Shown piece after piece: positions 46,528 to 55,653 of a DNA stretch of 64,000 nucleotides. The notes under the pieces are model-generated. The model was not told the origin of the DNA. It did no database searches and saw nothing but the letters and a program-made list of their open reading frames with translations. The stretch is taken from the IMG/VR virus record IMGVR_UViG_3300025502_001322, positions 64,001 through 128,000 of that record; one strand, 5' to 3'. Made by a program: the position numbers and the translations under genes. The DNA comes from a virus (lineage: Duplodnaviria; Caudoviricetes). Within the stretch, counting starts at the first letter, position 1. Each line of letters begins with the position of its first letter.

Positions 46528-47532
46528 TTATGCGACTGCCGCCGTTGCTTGTGCCATTGTGACTGTGCCCCAAGTAGTAGTTAAATGCGTTGCACTTGGT
46601 GGGACATTGCTGGCCACAACCCTAGCATCACCGTCCATTATGTCAAGAGGATCATATTCTGGCTTATCATAAGTTTGGTCTGTTGAAGCGTCTAAGAAGC
46701 TAATCTTAAATGTTACAATACTGCCACTATCACTGTTTGATCCTTGTGCGCCGTTAGATTTTGCTTCAATCCTAATATTGTTTGCGGCACCACTAATGTA
46801 CGGGCTACCAGCTGATGTTAAATCTCTTTGAAGTATTGTCTGATAACCTGTGGTCATGTCATAATAACCAATAGTAGTTGCTAATGTGACTTGAGAGCTT
46901 GTGTGTGCTTCTGTAACTGTGATAGAATCGGCACCACCACTTATAACGCTACCGTTTGCACTGTATACCAGAGACCCAGCCATCTGTGTTAATGCGTTCC
47001 AGGATCTTGCTTTGGCATCATCTGTATAACCTACCATTTGCGGATCTAATACAATTGTACCACCTGCATTAAAGAAATATCTTGCTTGATCTGCTGAACT
47101 AAATGTAAAAGTTACTTCCTGAATATTACTTACTGTCCAGTTGCCTGACGAGTTAAAGGTTGAAGAAGCAGTTGATCCTTGGGCCGCCGCATTAGTTTTG
47201 TTGCTATGTAATGTACTAATGTTTGTGCTAATTGCGGCTATGATTTCAATCTCATTTCCTGCACTAGGAGAAGTCATTGAAGTTAAACTAGACCCTTGGT
47301 GACTGCCCATTGTGGTTATTCTTGAAAGAGCCGTAGCCCACTGTGTTGCAGTTACGTTACTGCCTGCTGTAACTGCTGATAATGTTCCAGACTGACCGTA
47401 ACCCCGGTCTCCTGTCCCAGTTCCCCAAATGTTGTTAATATTTGCACTGTCGGTTGCCGTTCCTCCAGTATGCCCTGTAGCGAATACATTGTATTCGTCA
47501 TCTAGTATTGTATCACCGGTTTGGTATGCCAT
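46528..47532 (-). CDS. Putative virion structural protein, paralogue A
   Basis: Ser/Thr/Gly-rich; MAYQTGDTILDDEYNVFATG; RYFFNAGG. Confidence 0.65.
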   Translation of the reverse strand: MAYQTGDTILDDEYNVFATGHTGGTATDSANINNIWGTGTGDRGYGQSGTLSAVTAGSNVTATQWATALSRITTMGSHQGSSLTSMTSPSAGNEIEIIAAISTNISTLHSNKTNAAAQGSTASSTFNSSGNWTVSNIQEVTFTFSSADQARYFFNAGGTIVLDPQMVGYTDDAKARSWNALTQMAGSLVYSANGSVISGGADSITVTEAHTSSQVTLATTIGYYDMTTGYQTILQRDLTSAGSPYISGAANNIRIEAKSNGAQGSNSDSGSIVTFKISFLDASTDQTYDKPEYDPLDIMDGDARVVASNVPPSATHLTTTWGTVTMAQATAAVA

Positions 47533-47547
47533 CTTTATTTCTTCCTA

Positions 47548-48549
47548 TTATGTATGTGTACTACTACCCAACGCAATTGTTGGATTAGACCAACTCTGAG
47601 TCAAATATGTTGTGCTAGGTGGAACACTAGAAATTTCATTTCGTACTGTGCCATCCATAATATCTAAGTCACTATATTCAGTCTTATCAAAGGTACTATC
47701 CTCACTTGCGTCATTATAATCTATTGTAACTGTAATAATTGTTCCGTTGTCACTAAAACTCCCCTGAGTCCCATTTGATTTCACATAAACCTTAACGTTA
47801 TTTGCTGTATTTACAATATAAGGACTAGCAAATGTAGTCAATGTCTTGTCAAACAGCAATTGATTGCTTGTAGTTAGGTCATAATAACCTAACGCACTTA
47901 CGGATGCAGGACTTGATGCATGGGCATCTGTAACTGTAATACTATTTGATTCTCCAGTAACTGTTGTAGCGTCTGACTTAAACTGTAGACTTCCTGCCAT
48001 CTGTACCAATGCGTCCCAACTACGTGCTTTTGCATCGTCTGTGTAGCCAATAACTGTGGGATTAATATGTATGTATCCACCTGCATTAAAGAAATATCTT
48101 ACTTCATCTGCATCTGCCCACGTAAGTGTAATAATTTGTTGTGCCTGTGTTGACCAGGATCCTGTGCTATCTATGTTTGATGTTGTACTAGAACCGGTTG
48201 CTACAGCAGTTTTCCTATTAGTGTGTATAGTGCTAACATTGGCACTAATTGTGCCGATAACCTCAATAATGTCTGTAGCACTAGGATTTGTCATAGATGA
48301 AATGCTAGATCCCTGATGGTCTGCCGCACTAGTGACACGAGCTAACATAGTAGACCATTGTGTAGCAGTTACTGTGGATCCTGCTGTAACAGCACTCAGT
48401 GTAGTTGCCTGGCCGTAACCTCTGTCTGCTTGTCCGATGCCCCAGACATTGTTTATGTTTGCACTATCTGTGGAGCCACCGCCTATTAATCCTGTGGCAA
48501 ATACATTGTATTCGTCATCTAATATCGTGTCTCCGGTTTGGTATGCCAT
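47548..48549 (-). CDS. Putative virion structural protein, paralogue B
   Basis: Identical first 20 aa to paralogue A and collinear throughout. Confidence 0.65.
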   Translation of the reverse strand: MAYQTGDTILDDEYNVFATGLIGGGSTDSANINNVWGIGQADRGYGQATTLSAVTAGSTVTATQWSTMLARVTSAADHQGSSISSMTNPSATDIIEVIGTISANVSTIHTNRKTAVATGSSTTSNIDSTGSWSTQAQQIITLTWADADEVRYFFNAGGYIHINPTVIGYTDDAKARSWDALVQMAGSLQFKSDATTVTGESNSITVTDAHASSPASVSALGYYDLTTSNQLLFDKTLTTFASPYIVNTANNVKVYVKSNGTQGSFSDNGTIITVTIDYNDASEDSTFDKTEYSDLDIMDGTVRNEISSVPPSTTYLTQSWSNPTIALGSSTHT

Positions 48550-48558
48550 ACTACATCC

Positions 48559-50046
48559 TTATGAATTCAATTGGACTACTGCTTCTACTACGCCGATGCC
48601 ATCATCAGTTTTACTTGTTAATGCTCGACCAATTACGTTAAAAGAAGTGATCTCTGAACGAGTACCTGCTCTTGCAAGTCCGTTTCCAGCTGAAATTAAT
48701 CTATCACCTTTATTTACCTTACCTAGCACTTGTACTGGTACCCTACCTTGTAGAGCAACACCAGGATGTGTTTCATCTGTGCCTGCTCCAGCATTCATCA
48801 AGTGTGCTGGTTGTTTACTAATAACACCAAATACATCTTCTGATGCATCGTCTAATACTCTAGTAATTTCATTAACACCACCTAGTGCAACTACTGTACC
48901 AGGTGTATAAACATCATCAGCGTGGAAGCGTTCGGCCACGTCAGCGTATTGCGCTTGTGTTGATGTTCCGTTAAATGTTGTTGCATATATTGTAGCAAAC
49001 TTAGTTAACGATGCACCCAAATTATGAGTATTATTAGTGTCTGGTAAAATATTTCCACTTATAGTGTTTGCGCCGTTTCTTGCTAGTGCATTACCTGTTA
49101 GGATAATGTTGTCTACATAGTTCTTTGTTGCTACACCTAGTCCTGTTGTAGGATCACTTGCTACTAACAAAGTTGATGTAGCACCATCTATTGTTAATGC
49201 CGTAGTAAGTACACCACCATCGTTAACTTTAATGTAGATGTCTCCATCTGATGTTTGATTTTGAATTGTTGCATCACTGCCACTAACACTGATTTTTACG
49301 TCACTGTCAGCACCAACAATAAATCCTGTATCGTTAAGTACACTCAGTGTTCCTGATGTTGAGTCGTTAGCGTCTGCACGTAAAAACTGTGTACTAGTTA
49401 GACTATCTAACAAGTCTGCATTACTTGCTGTGCCTGTTAGTTGGATACCTGCAATAGTTCCTGTACTTGCAAGATTAATACCTGGCTTAATAGTACTAAA
49501 TCCTGTAATACTTGGATCTGGGGTAAATGTTCCATCCTTGCTGATAATGCTAACTACTGTGTTACTAGTATAGTTCTTAATAACGACATGATCCACTGCA
49601 CCCGGAGTATCGGTGACTGTCTCAACAATGGCGCCTGATGTTCCTGCGCCTGCTGTAGCGGGTGGACCAACGAGAATAAATGCTGACCCGTCGTATGCTT
49701 TCAACTGCTTGTCAGTACTGCTCCACCATAAATCACCTGTTGTGTTATTTGTGGGCGTACTAGTAGTACTTGTAATTGCTGACAACCGCTTAAAGCCAAC
49801 AGCACCACTGATGTACACTTTTAAGTGACTGGTAGTAGTATCGTACCAAAGTTGTCCTGCAATAGGCGTTCCTGGTTGTGTAGTATTTGCAAAGTTTTCT
49901 AACAACTTCACATAGTTTTCGTTCTGTAACTCACCGTAACCAGCATAATTTTTGCCAATTAAGGTTAAGTCTGAAGTGGTGTCGATAGTACCATCAGCGA
50001 TTGTTGTTAACACCGCCCCACTTGTTTTGTTAATTGTATAAGCCAT
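48559..50046 (-). CDS. Tail fibre/spike protein with C-terminal intramolecular-chaperone-like domain
   Basis: MAYTINKT...LIGKNY.GYG...ENF anchor; C-terminal YADVAERF...GTVV..GG...GVIS..PA.LMN...GRVPV. Confidence 0.75.
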   Translation of the reverse strand: MAYTINKTSGAVLTTIADGTIDTTSDLTLIGKNYAGYGELQNENYVKLLENFANTTQPGTPIAGQLWYDTTTSHLKVYISGAVGFKRLSAITSTTSTPTNNTTGDLWWSSTDKQLKAYDGSAFILVGPPATAGAGTSGAIVETVTDTPGAVDHVVIKNYTSNTVVSIISKDGTFTPDPSITGFSTIKPGINLASTGTIAGIQLTGTASNADLLDSLTSTQFLRADANDSTSGTLSVLNDTGFIVGADSDVKISVSGSDATIQNQTSDGDIYIKVNDGGVLTTALTIDGATSTLLVASDPTTGLGVATKNYVDNIILTGNALARNGANTISGNILPDTNNTHNLGASLTKFATIYATTFNGTSTQAQYADVAERFHADDVYTPGTVVALGGVNEITRVLDDASEDVFGVISKQPAHLMNAGAGTDETHPGVALQGRVPVQVLGKVNKGDRLISAGNGLARAGTRSEITSFNVIGRALTSKTDDGIGVVEAVVQLNS

Positions 50047-50084
50047 TTATAGTTTACTCCATTTATCTTATATTTATTACGATT

Positions 50085-50228
50085 CTAACCTGAGAAAATT
50101 TGTTTCCAGGTTCCACTTACTTTAACATAAGCGGCAGTAATGTTCTTCCATGTTCCGCTTACCTTGGTCTTAATTGCTGTGACCTGTTTTTGTGATCCTG
50201 CTACTTTTACATAAACATTAGTGGACAT
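50085..50228 (-). CDS. 47-aa fibre-tip-like peptide with KVSGTWK repeats
   Basis: Hand-translated MSTNVYVKVAGSQKQVTAIKTKVSGTWKNITAAYVKVSGTWKQIFSG; start overlaps the upstream stop (TAATG). Confidence 0.7.
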   Translation of the reverse strand: MSTNVYVKVAGSQKQVTAIKTKVSGTWKNITAAYVKVSGTWKQIFSG

Positions 50229-51934
50229 TATGCTTCCCTAACAAACCAGATGTCACCATCGACACCATCACTGCCAGTAGGCGCACTTGTTTCAACATGT
50301 TTGTTGGAACCCTGCCACTTGGCTGTTTGATCTGCATATGTTTTAAGTGCGTATGAGCCCAACGTGTCTGATACAGCACTATCTACGTAACCTTTTGTTG
50401 CGGCATGCCCTGTTGCTGTTGGTACACCAGATAATGTTAATGCACCTGTCAATGTATCGCCGGCAATATTAACAGCACCTAAGTTCGTCCTTGCGTCTGC
50501 GGCTGAGCTTGCGCCTGTGCCGCCTTCTGTAACTGCTAAGTCATTGGTTAGCGCCAGTGTAGTTATTGTTGCTGTGCCACTTACAGTTAACCCGCCTAGT
50601 GTGCCAACGCTTGTGATATTTGTTTGTGACGCAGAGCCTAGTGTACCACTAATTACCCCACTTGCAACATTGATACCATTATTAAACGTTGCTGAACCAG
50701 ATACTTGTAGTCCGCTCAATGTTCCAATTTGATTAATGTTTGTTTGTGCCGCTGTACTTAACGTTCCTGTTAATGTTGTTGCACTAAATGTATTTGCAGT
50801 TACTGTGTCAGTGACTGCTAAACTTCCCAATGTACCAATACTTGTGATATTAGGCTGTGCCGCTGTACTTAACGTTCCTGTTAATGTTGTTGCACTAAAT
50901 GTATTTGCAGTTACTGTGCCAGTGACTGCTAAACTTCCCAATGTACCAATACTTGTGATATTAGGCTGTGCCGCTGTCGTCAATGTACCCACAACTGTGT
51001 CTCCAGTAAGTACACCTGATGCCGTTATAGTTCCTGCTGAAAGGATTGCCGCTGACAATGTATTAGTTGCTATAACATTACCAGTGCTACCATCTAGTGT
51101 CAGTAAAGTAGATAATGTAGAACTGTCTTTGGCCTGAAAAATAATATCTTTGTTTAATGCTTCATTTTTTACTATATAATCATCGTCTTGTATTTCCTGA
51201 GTCACAAATGCGTTTGAGCCCAGCACCATACCAGCATTATTATTAATTGTTAACTTTGCTGTTGCTACATTCGCCAGGTCTAGTCGCATAAATTTTGAAC
51301 TATCTAAACTGTCGACCTGATCTGCACTTGTGGCAGTTCCTTGGAACTTCATTGACGAATAATCAGCACTAAAAGTTAAGCCTGCTTTTATCTCTGCAAA
51401 GCCACTAATACTAGGACTAGGAGTAAATGTTGTCGTTGATATATATGCTATAACAACCCCTGCTTGCATGACCTTACTAACAACATAACTTGTTGTTGTG
51501 CTATCTTGTAATGTTTCAACAAATATACCACTTTGCCCTTGTGAATCTGTGTATTGCGGGCCTAATAGTTTGTGAGCATTTCCGTCTGTTAGATACAACT
51601 GCTCGTTTGTGGTGTTATACCATAAATCTCCTGCTTGCTGACTTGCAGGGGTAGATGATTGCACAACTACCACACCAAGTGATTTAAAAACAGATCCGTT
51701 GTAGACGCTAAGTCTATCATTACTCTTATCCCACCAGAGCTGCCCCTCAAGTGGGGTCGTTGGTGAAGTGGCATTACTGAAGTTTTCCAGTAGTTTAATT
51801 AAATTTTCATTAAAAACTTCACCAAAATTACTGTAATTCTTGCCAATCAGTCTTAAGTTTGTTGTTGTGTCCAATGTCCCATCTTCAACTACAGTTAAGA
51901 TAGTGTCATCTGTCTTATTAATGGTATAACTCAT
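50228..51934 (-). CDS. Tail fibre protein
   Basis: Same N-terminal anchor as 48559-50046; TAAQPNITSIGTL repeats; ATKGYVD; terminal DGDIWF. Confidence 0.78.
   Translation of the reverse strand: MSYTINKTDDTILTVVEDGTLDTTTNLRLIGKNYSNFGEVFNENLIKLLENFSNATSPTTPLEGQLWWDKSNDRLSVYNGSVFKSLGVVVVQSSTPASQQAGDLWYNTTNEQLYLTDGNAHKLLGPQYTDSQGQSGIFVETLQDSTTTSYVVSKVMQAGVVIAYISTTTFTPSPSISGFAEIKAGLTFSADYSSMKFQGTATSADQVDSLDSSKFMRLDLANVATAKLTINNNAGMVLGSNAFVTQEIQDDDYIVKNEALNKDIIFQAKDSSTLSTLLTLDGSTGNVIATNTLSAAILSAGTITASGVLTGDTVVGTLTTAAQPNITSIGTLGSLAVTGTVTANTFSATTLTGTLSTAAQPNITSIGTLGSLAVTDTVTANTFSATTLTGTLSTAAQTNINQIGTLSGLQVSGSATFNNGINVASGVISGTLGSASQTNITSVGTLGGLTVSGTATITTLALTNDLAVTEGGTGASSAADARTNLGAVNIAGDTLTGALTLSGVPTATGHAATKGYVDSAVSDTLGSYALKTYADQTAKWQGSNKHVETSAPTGSDGVDGDIWFVREA
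50745..50977. repeat. 111-bp in-frame tandem duplication inside the fibre gene
   Basis: Copies start at 50745 and 50856 (one mismatch); a third copy begins at 50967. Confidence 0.92.
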
Positions 51935-52590
51935 TATGCAACACCGGTTAAGTTAGTTAAACTCTGAATTCTAACAGTATAGTCAATTTGTATTAATCTA
52001 TTCAATGATTTTTGCACTGGATGAAAAATTACGTGTGTTAGTAATTTGCCTGTAGCAATTGTCCCTACCCAACTCTTAAGCCCTAGTTCGTCAAAAACAT
52101 ACTCCTCATCTAAATTGGAGGTGTTATCAAATGCACTTTGTCCGCTAGGTTCTCCATAATCTAATAAACAAGTTACTAGAATATCTGTGTAATTGTTGCC
52201 CGCTGTGTGCCTAGTTTCAATTTTATTTCTGGTGGGGTCTGTATTTAAACTGGAGTTATCATCTACAACTTTGTAATAAGTTTGGTTGTATAAGTCAGAA
52301 TTTTGACCTGTGTTGTTTGCTGGCAAATATGTAATTACCCCGGTAGGGTCCACACTTGTGCCACCGTTGCCAAAGTGCATCTCATGAATAAATCCAGTGG
52401 TTTTGTTTGATAAACTTAGTGCTAGTGCTTCACTGATGTTCTCGTAATGAATAGCATTACGTTTATCCACAAATACTTCACCTGAGTCTGGATCATGAAT
52501 TTTTATGTGGCCTTCTATATGGATTCCAGAGTCCTCATTGGGCTTTTCTTGTTGTTCAGTAGTCATATTATCCTGCTTATTTTCTTCCAT
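51934..52590 (-). CDS. Probable baseplate/tail structural protein
   Basis: 218 aa (GHIKIHDP...KRNAIHYEN...FDELGL...HVIFHPVQKS) in the structural operon; GATAAATA upstream at 52596-52603. Confidence 0.65.
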   Translation of the reverse strand: MEENKQDNMTTEQQEKPNEDSGIHIEGHIKIHDPDSGEVFVDKRNAIHYENISEALALSLSNKTTGFIHEMHFGNGGTSVDPTGVITYLPANNTGQNSDLYNQTYYKVVDDNSSLNTDPTRNKIETRHTAGNNYTDILVTCLLDYGEPSGQSAFDNTSNLDEEYVFDELGLKSWVGTIATGKLLTHVIFHPVQKSLNRLIQIDYTVRIQSLTNLTGVA

Positions 52591-52598
52591 ATTAGTAT

Positions 52599-55500
52599 TT
52601 ATCCTTGGTAAAATGCTGTTCGATCTCTTAGGAATTTAGCCTGTGTAGTTGTTGCTGTACCCAAACTTTTACCTGCTGTAGTCTTAACCACCAGTGTGCT
52701 TCCGTCCGGACCAACCTGGCCTCCTGCATCTATGTCATACCATATCTTTGTTGTAGCTGGTACATTCTGCTGTGTACTTGCATCCTGCACTGTACTGCCT
52801 GCCAGGTGAGTATTTTTTGCGCCTGTACCATATGTTCCTCTTCTTAACTGCGATAATGTGTTATTTGCTTTGTCTATTGCATAATATGTAATTCGTTCAC
52901 TGTCAATATACACAATGCCTGGATCGTTGGCTGTTATACCTGGATCTGGTAAAACACTTGCATTAGTAACGTGTATTTCAGTATCTGTAATCTGTAGCGT
53001 TCTAGACAATGTAGTAGCCTCTTGGTCACTAATACGTTTGTAAATTACATTGCCTAATATATCTTGCCCTATTCTAAATCCAAATGCATCTGGTCTTACG
53101 TTTTCAGTAAACGACGTTACTGCTATTACTGTATCACCAGCTACATTTAAGTGGTCTCCCAATAATATCTTATTAGTGCCAGTTATTTCAAAGTCCACTG
53201 TTGGGTGTATTCTAACACCATCTACAGCAACCCAGAGAAAAGTTGCATTTGTTACGCCTCTGCTTAAGGTATATTCAGGTGTTGTAACAACTAATGACGT
53301 TTCTCCGTCAAAAGTATCTGCCTCATACCCAAGTTCATCATACCCTGTTGTAACTGTTGTTGTACCTGTTGTAGTACCAACGAAAACCTGTGTTCTCATA
53401 CGTAGCGGATCATGGTTAGCAAAAGTGTGTATAGTTATAGTATTACCTGCCGCTAAAGTTAAGCCACTGTCTAATAAAATCTCGCTACTTGAATTAATTC
53501 TAAATTGTTGTCCTGTTAGTAAAGATATAACAACTCTGTTGCCACTTACTGGTGCTGTAATGAATGTAATATAACGTAAACTACTACCGTCACTCGGTGC
53601 TAGTGTATAATCAATATTTTGCACAAGTCTCGTACCATTATTATACACTTCTACATCGTTGTCTGCAACCGTATCCGGATCTAATGTTCCATCACTGCCA
53701 CTTACTGTGTACACTGTGGTTGATCCATCACCGGTATAATAAGCATTATTAGATGGGCGTAATCTTGTTCCATTTAGCTCTAAGATAAGCATCGCACTCA
53801 ACGGACCTTCATATTGTAATTCTTTGTCTAGAGTTATTGTATAGTCAGTTGGGTATGTTCCACCTGTCAGTGTCTCATATTGAGAATGTGGGTAAGAAAC
53901 ATCTCTTACGCCCGTTGCACCATTATGCACGTGGACGTCAATGTGTGTTCCTGCCAACGGAGCAGGACTAAACCTAATAATTGCTTGTCCTGGATCGCTA
54001 TCAACTACAGTGTGTGCTGTCTCTACGTTGTCTACTAGTACTAACGTATTTATTGTTAATGCATAGTCAGCATTAACAATAAAATCTGTTGTGCTTCCGT
54101 CTCCGGCATATTCACCGGTAAAAATTTCATTATTTCCAACAATATCCATAACATAAATGAATACAATGTCACCGGCAACTGGAGTAGTTCCTAAAGTTAT
54201 TGTTCTATTAGTGTAATCTGTTGTGTAGTGCGTAGGATTGTGTAGGTCACCTCGAGTTTGAGTGTAAACAAAGAGTTGGTGGCCCCCAGGAGCACTTGCC
54301 CAACTAAACGTTGTTGCGCTTCCGTCTCCGGTATGAGTTATTAAGTGTTGCAGACTTCCGCTACCGTCTGATTCGATATCGTTGCCAGATGTTTGATATA
54401 CCTGTATGTCTAAAGTATCAAAAACTCTGCCAGGTAGTAACTCCTGCGGAGCAAACGAACTGAACTCATCAACAAATGCGGCGCCATCTATATTAATATC
54501 TTCTGCCTTTAACCCTAGCGTTACAGATGAGCCATCTGCGTCTACGAACGTACTACTAATAAAAGTATCGTAATAGTCCGTACTTGCTTCAATACTGCTT
54601 GCATCACTGTATGTTGTGTTTAGGTCCTGCACGAGAACGCCTCGATATTCTAATCCATCAACTAACTGAGTTAGGTCTCTACCCAACATTCCACTAGTAG
54701 GATTGTATAATGCCATAATCCTATCATTGGCGTTTTCGAATTCGCTACCACCTAGTTCTGTTAAGTTTGTTAAACTAAACGTGCTTCCACTAGTGAAGCC
54801 TGTTGTGGCTTGATACGCTTTGCCTAGGTATCTAATATAATCGTCTTCAGCGTATGCCGTGCTAGCGGCCCAGTCGTTAATAGTATGGCTATAAGTAATA
54901 CGGTCAAATTTTAATGTATTACTAAAAGTTCTTACAAGTGTGTTGTTGCCTAATTGTACATACGCCTTTGCTGTTGTTCCCGTAATAGGTGCAGGTCCTA
55001 TAGTTACTGTTGGAGTAGTTGTATAACCGACTCCTCTGGTGACCATAGTTATAGATGTTACTATACCGTTAACTATTCTTGCTGTAGCCGTTGCGCCGGT
55101 GCCTCCCCCACCTGTAATTGTTACTGTGGGAGTTTGCGTGTAACCTACTCCACCTTGGTAGATATCAATGCTCTGTACTTGATACTTGTGGTGAGTGTTC
55201 CAGTCTGTATATTCTGGTTGTGTTGACAGTAGATCCGGGTCAACAGTAAACTCTCCACTAGGACTCCTAAACCGGTTTACAGTGGTGTGGTAATATGCTG
55301 GCAAATCAAAGTCACTGTTGCCTACGTAGTTATTCTCTAACTTAGTATAATTAAGTAGGTATTCCCTTATCTTTGTGTGGTAAGGTTTAACCTCATTAAT
55401 GTAATCCTGTAAATATGTCTGGTTGTCTTTCTGATAACTAGGATTTTGGTCAAGGTCTCTTAACTTGTGTAATACCGTTAATAAACTAGTCTTGAATGCA

Positions 55501-55643
55501 TAATCAACAGAAGTTTGCTCAGACAAGATTTGTCTAATAAGAACAAAGAACATATTTCGGTGTTCAATACTTAGATCTTTAATGAAAATATCATTTTCTA
55601 ATGCCTCTAAGATATTTCTAATCTCTGTTGATCCTACGGCCAT
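52599..55643 (-). CDS. Large virion (baseplate-associated) protein with GDGST repeats
   Basis: 1014 aa; YINEVKPYHTKIRE; GGVGYT..PTVTITGGGG beta repeats; repeated GDGS(A/T)T. Confidence 0.7.
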   Translation of the reverse strand: MAVGSTEIRNILEALENDIFIKDLSIEHRNMFFVLIRQILSEQTSVDYAFKTSLLTVLHKLRDLDQNPSYQKDNQTYLQDYINEVKPYHTKIREYLLNYTKLENNYVGNSDFDLPAYYHTTVNRFRSPSGEFTVDPDLLSTQPEYTDWNTHHKYQVQSIDIYQGGVGYTQTPTVTITGGGGTGATATARIVNGIVTSITMVTRGVGYTTTPTVTIGPAPITGTTAKAYVQLGNNTLVRTFSNTLKFDRITYSHTINDWAASTAYAEDDYIRYLGKAYQATTGFTSGSTFSLTNLTELGGSEFENANDRIMALYNPTSGMLGRDLTQLVDGLEYRGVLVQDLNTTYSDASSIEASTDYYDTFISSTFVDADGSSVTLGLKAEDINIDGAAFVDEFSSFAPQELLPGRVFDTLDIQVYQTSGNDIESDGSGSLQHLITHTGDGSATTFSWASAPGGHQLFVYTQTRGDLHNPTHYTTDYTNRTITLGTTPVAGDIVFIYVMDIVGNNEIFTGEYAGDGSTTDFIVNADYALTINTLVLVDNVETAHTVVDSDPGQAIIRFSPAPLAGTHIDVHVHNGATGVRDVSYPHSQYETLTGGTYPTDYTITLDKELQYEGPLSAMLILELNGTRLRPSNNAYYTGDGSTTVYTVSGSDGTLDPDTVADNDVEVYNNGTRLVQNIDYTLAPSDGSSLRYITFITAPVSGNRVVISLLTGQQFRINSSSEILLDSGLTLAAGNTITIHTFANHDPLRMRTQVFVGTTTGTTTVTTGYDELGYEADTFDGETSLVVTTPEYTLSRGVTNATFLWVAVDGVRIHPTVDFEITGTNKILLGDHLNVAGDTVIAVTSFTENVRPDAFGFRIGQDILGNVIYKRISDQEATTLSRTLQITDTEIHVTNASVLPDPGITANDPGIVYIDSERITYYAIDKANNTLSQLRRGTYGTGAKNTHLAGSTVQDASTQQNVPATTKIWYDIDAGGQVGPDGSTLVVKTTAGKSLGTATTTQAKFLRDRTAFYQG

Positions 55644-55653
55644 TTAATTTCCT

